A DNA stretch of 63,863 nt, counting the filler, from Octopus bimaculoides (Eukaryota): assembly GCF_001194135.2 (NCBI RefSeq). It is 6 parts of 5 records of this genome, joined end to end, with 100 filler letters (N's around TTAATTAATTAA, not from the genome) between each part and the next. Parts side by side here need not be neighbours in the genome. Positions count along the whole stretch, not along the records: positions 60,709 to 62,614 come from NC_068982.1; positions 62,715 to 63,863 come from NW_026312594.1; 4 more parts are not named here. One strand, given 5' to 3'. Of this stretch, positions 62,346 to 63,863 are shown piece after piece; positions within the stretch are counted from its first letter, which is position 1; every line of letters begins with the position of its first letter. The notes below the pieces were generated by a model that saw only the letters and a program-made list of their open reading frames with translations, had not been told where the DNA came from and made no database searches. The translations under genes were made by a program, and so were the position numbers.

Positions 62346-63813
62346 TTCTACATTAATAACTCTCCAATCCATGCCAGCATGGAACATAGACATTAAGTGG
62401 AATGCCAGTCTCTCATCTAGGAGGGCCTTGAAATCAATGTTACCAACTGGGGACTATGTGTGTCGTAGTGATAATAAAAAGACCCAAAGGAGGCCTGCAA
62501 CGAAATAATTTTACTCAACACTTTGCAAGTGAATCAGTGGAGGCAAAGATGCGTCTCATTTACTTGACAATTTATGCACCACATTGCAGAAATCACAATG
62601 AAAGTATATCTGAANNNNNNNNNNNNNNNNNNNNNNNNNNNNNNNNNNNNNNNNNNNNTTAATTAATTAANNNNNNNNNNNNNNNNNNNNNNNNNNNNNN
62701 NNNNNNNNNNNNNNAGAACCATGTGGTTGGTAAGCAAGCTACTTACCACACAGCCACTCCCGAGAAAAATTTTTCCTGAGAACATCAAATATTCCTTTGC
62801 TTAAGCAAACATTTTTGTCAAATAATTTATTAAAACTTTAGTTAAGATTGGAGTTTCAATATATCAATATTATTTAGATATCTTAGCTCCGTCTGTGTCT
62901 TGCTTTAAAACTGCTGCCAACATCAGTTATTTTAATAATAAAAATCTATAAAATATAAAAATAAAGTGCCTCTAATAACCAAGACGAAGATATAATAATG
63001 ATAATTACTCATCTCAGAAATTTCGACAAAAACTTCAATTATAAAAATTAATTTATTCATAGATAATAATTCTATTTATCTGAAGTGTTTGATACCAAAG
63101 ATTCTTGTTATTGATTTTAGTGGTGGTGGAGGGTGACTCCCATAATGAATCACTCATCAGTTATCTCCACTGAATTTGCTAGTTACTGTAATAAACAATT
63201 TAGTAAAACGTAGCGAGGTGGACTGTTTCACTGAAGTGAAAAATACCAAATGGTTTGGTACAAAACTAGATCAGGTGATGTGATACTGTCGGCCACTCAC
63301 TGTGGCAGCTTAAATCCAGTCTGCCTTGGATTAGTTGACTGAACTTAATCTTATCTTTAAGAGAGATTAGTTTAGATTTATGAAAAAATATTTGATTTTT
63401 ATTGAATTTCGAACTTCTGATTTTGAATTTGATTCTAATTGTAGAGTTTGATAACAAATTGATATGATAAAACAAGAATTATGAAAGCATGAAGGTTGCA
63501 AGTGAGCCAGAGCCACTGGCTTAACCAGACAAATGAAAACAGACTAAACTTGTTTACATTGACACAATAGAAAAAGCTTATTGATTTTAGTTCATGCTGA
63601 GCAGAGTTCACCACATGGAATAAGTTTGTATGGTTTGAGCAGAGAATACTAATATTTCAAGCAGGACCCTTTATCTTAGAAGAGTGAGGGAAACATTTTT
63701 CATTTAATGACAAGTCCTATTTAAAACCATAGCCATTTAACATTCAAATTAACCTGTCCAATATAATGCTTATATAGTTGTATTGTTTTGAATTAATCAT
63801 GCGTTATCTTGTA

Positions 63814-63863
63814 GGAGGCTCAATGGCCCAGTGGTTAGGGCAGCGGACTCGCAGTCATAGGAT
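63814..63863 (+). mobile_element. SINE family C head, truncated by the window end
   Basis: GGAGGCTCAATGGCCCAGTGGTTAGGGCAGCGGACTCGCAGTC, about 90% identical to 25535-25580. Confidence 0.9.

Overview
AT-rich, gap-riddled eukaryotic (animal) DNA. The repeat families match what I recall of Octopus genomes; this is an inference, not checked by search. I cannot identify a host gene with confidence, and most ORFs in the track are microsatellite or N-gap artefacts. The window is a layered set of decayed mobile elements: five Penelope-like element (PLE) fragments, two RTE-type LINE pieces, an RLE (HERO/NeSL-like) LINE end, a probable R4/Dong-like 3' end in (AAT)n, mariner, Tc1, Tigger/pogo and hAT remnants, MITEs, a Helitron 3' end, and about 25 copies or fragments of four tRNA-derived SINE families. 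Signals worth follow-up: two near-complete type I hammerhead ribozyme folds (15300-15344 and 29879-29968, minus strand) plus weaker ones; an in-frame (TTAGGG)6 tract inside a PLE RT ORF; a 92-nt pre-miRNA-sized hairpin (61350-61441); a candidate exon with strong splice sites whose best frame is blocked by one UAG (50420-50550); a decayed repeat-protein-like region (58720-59900); and a few unique-sequence islands that may be exons. Five 100-bp N44-TTAATTAATTAA-N44 blocks are artificial scaffold joins, so order and orientation across them is uncertain.
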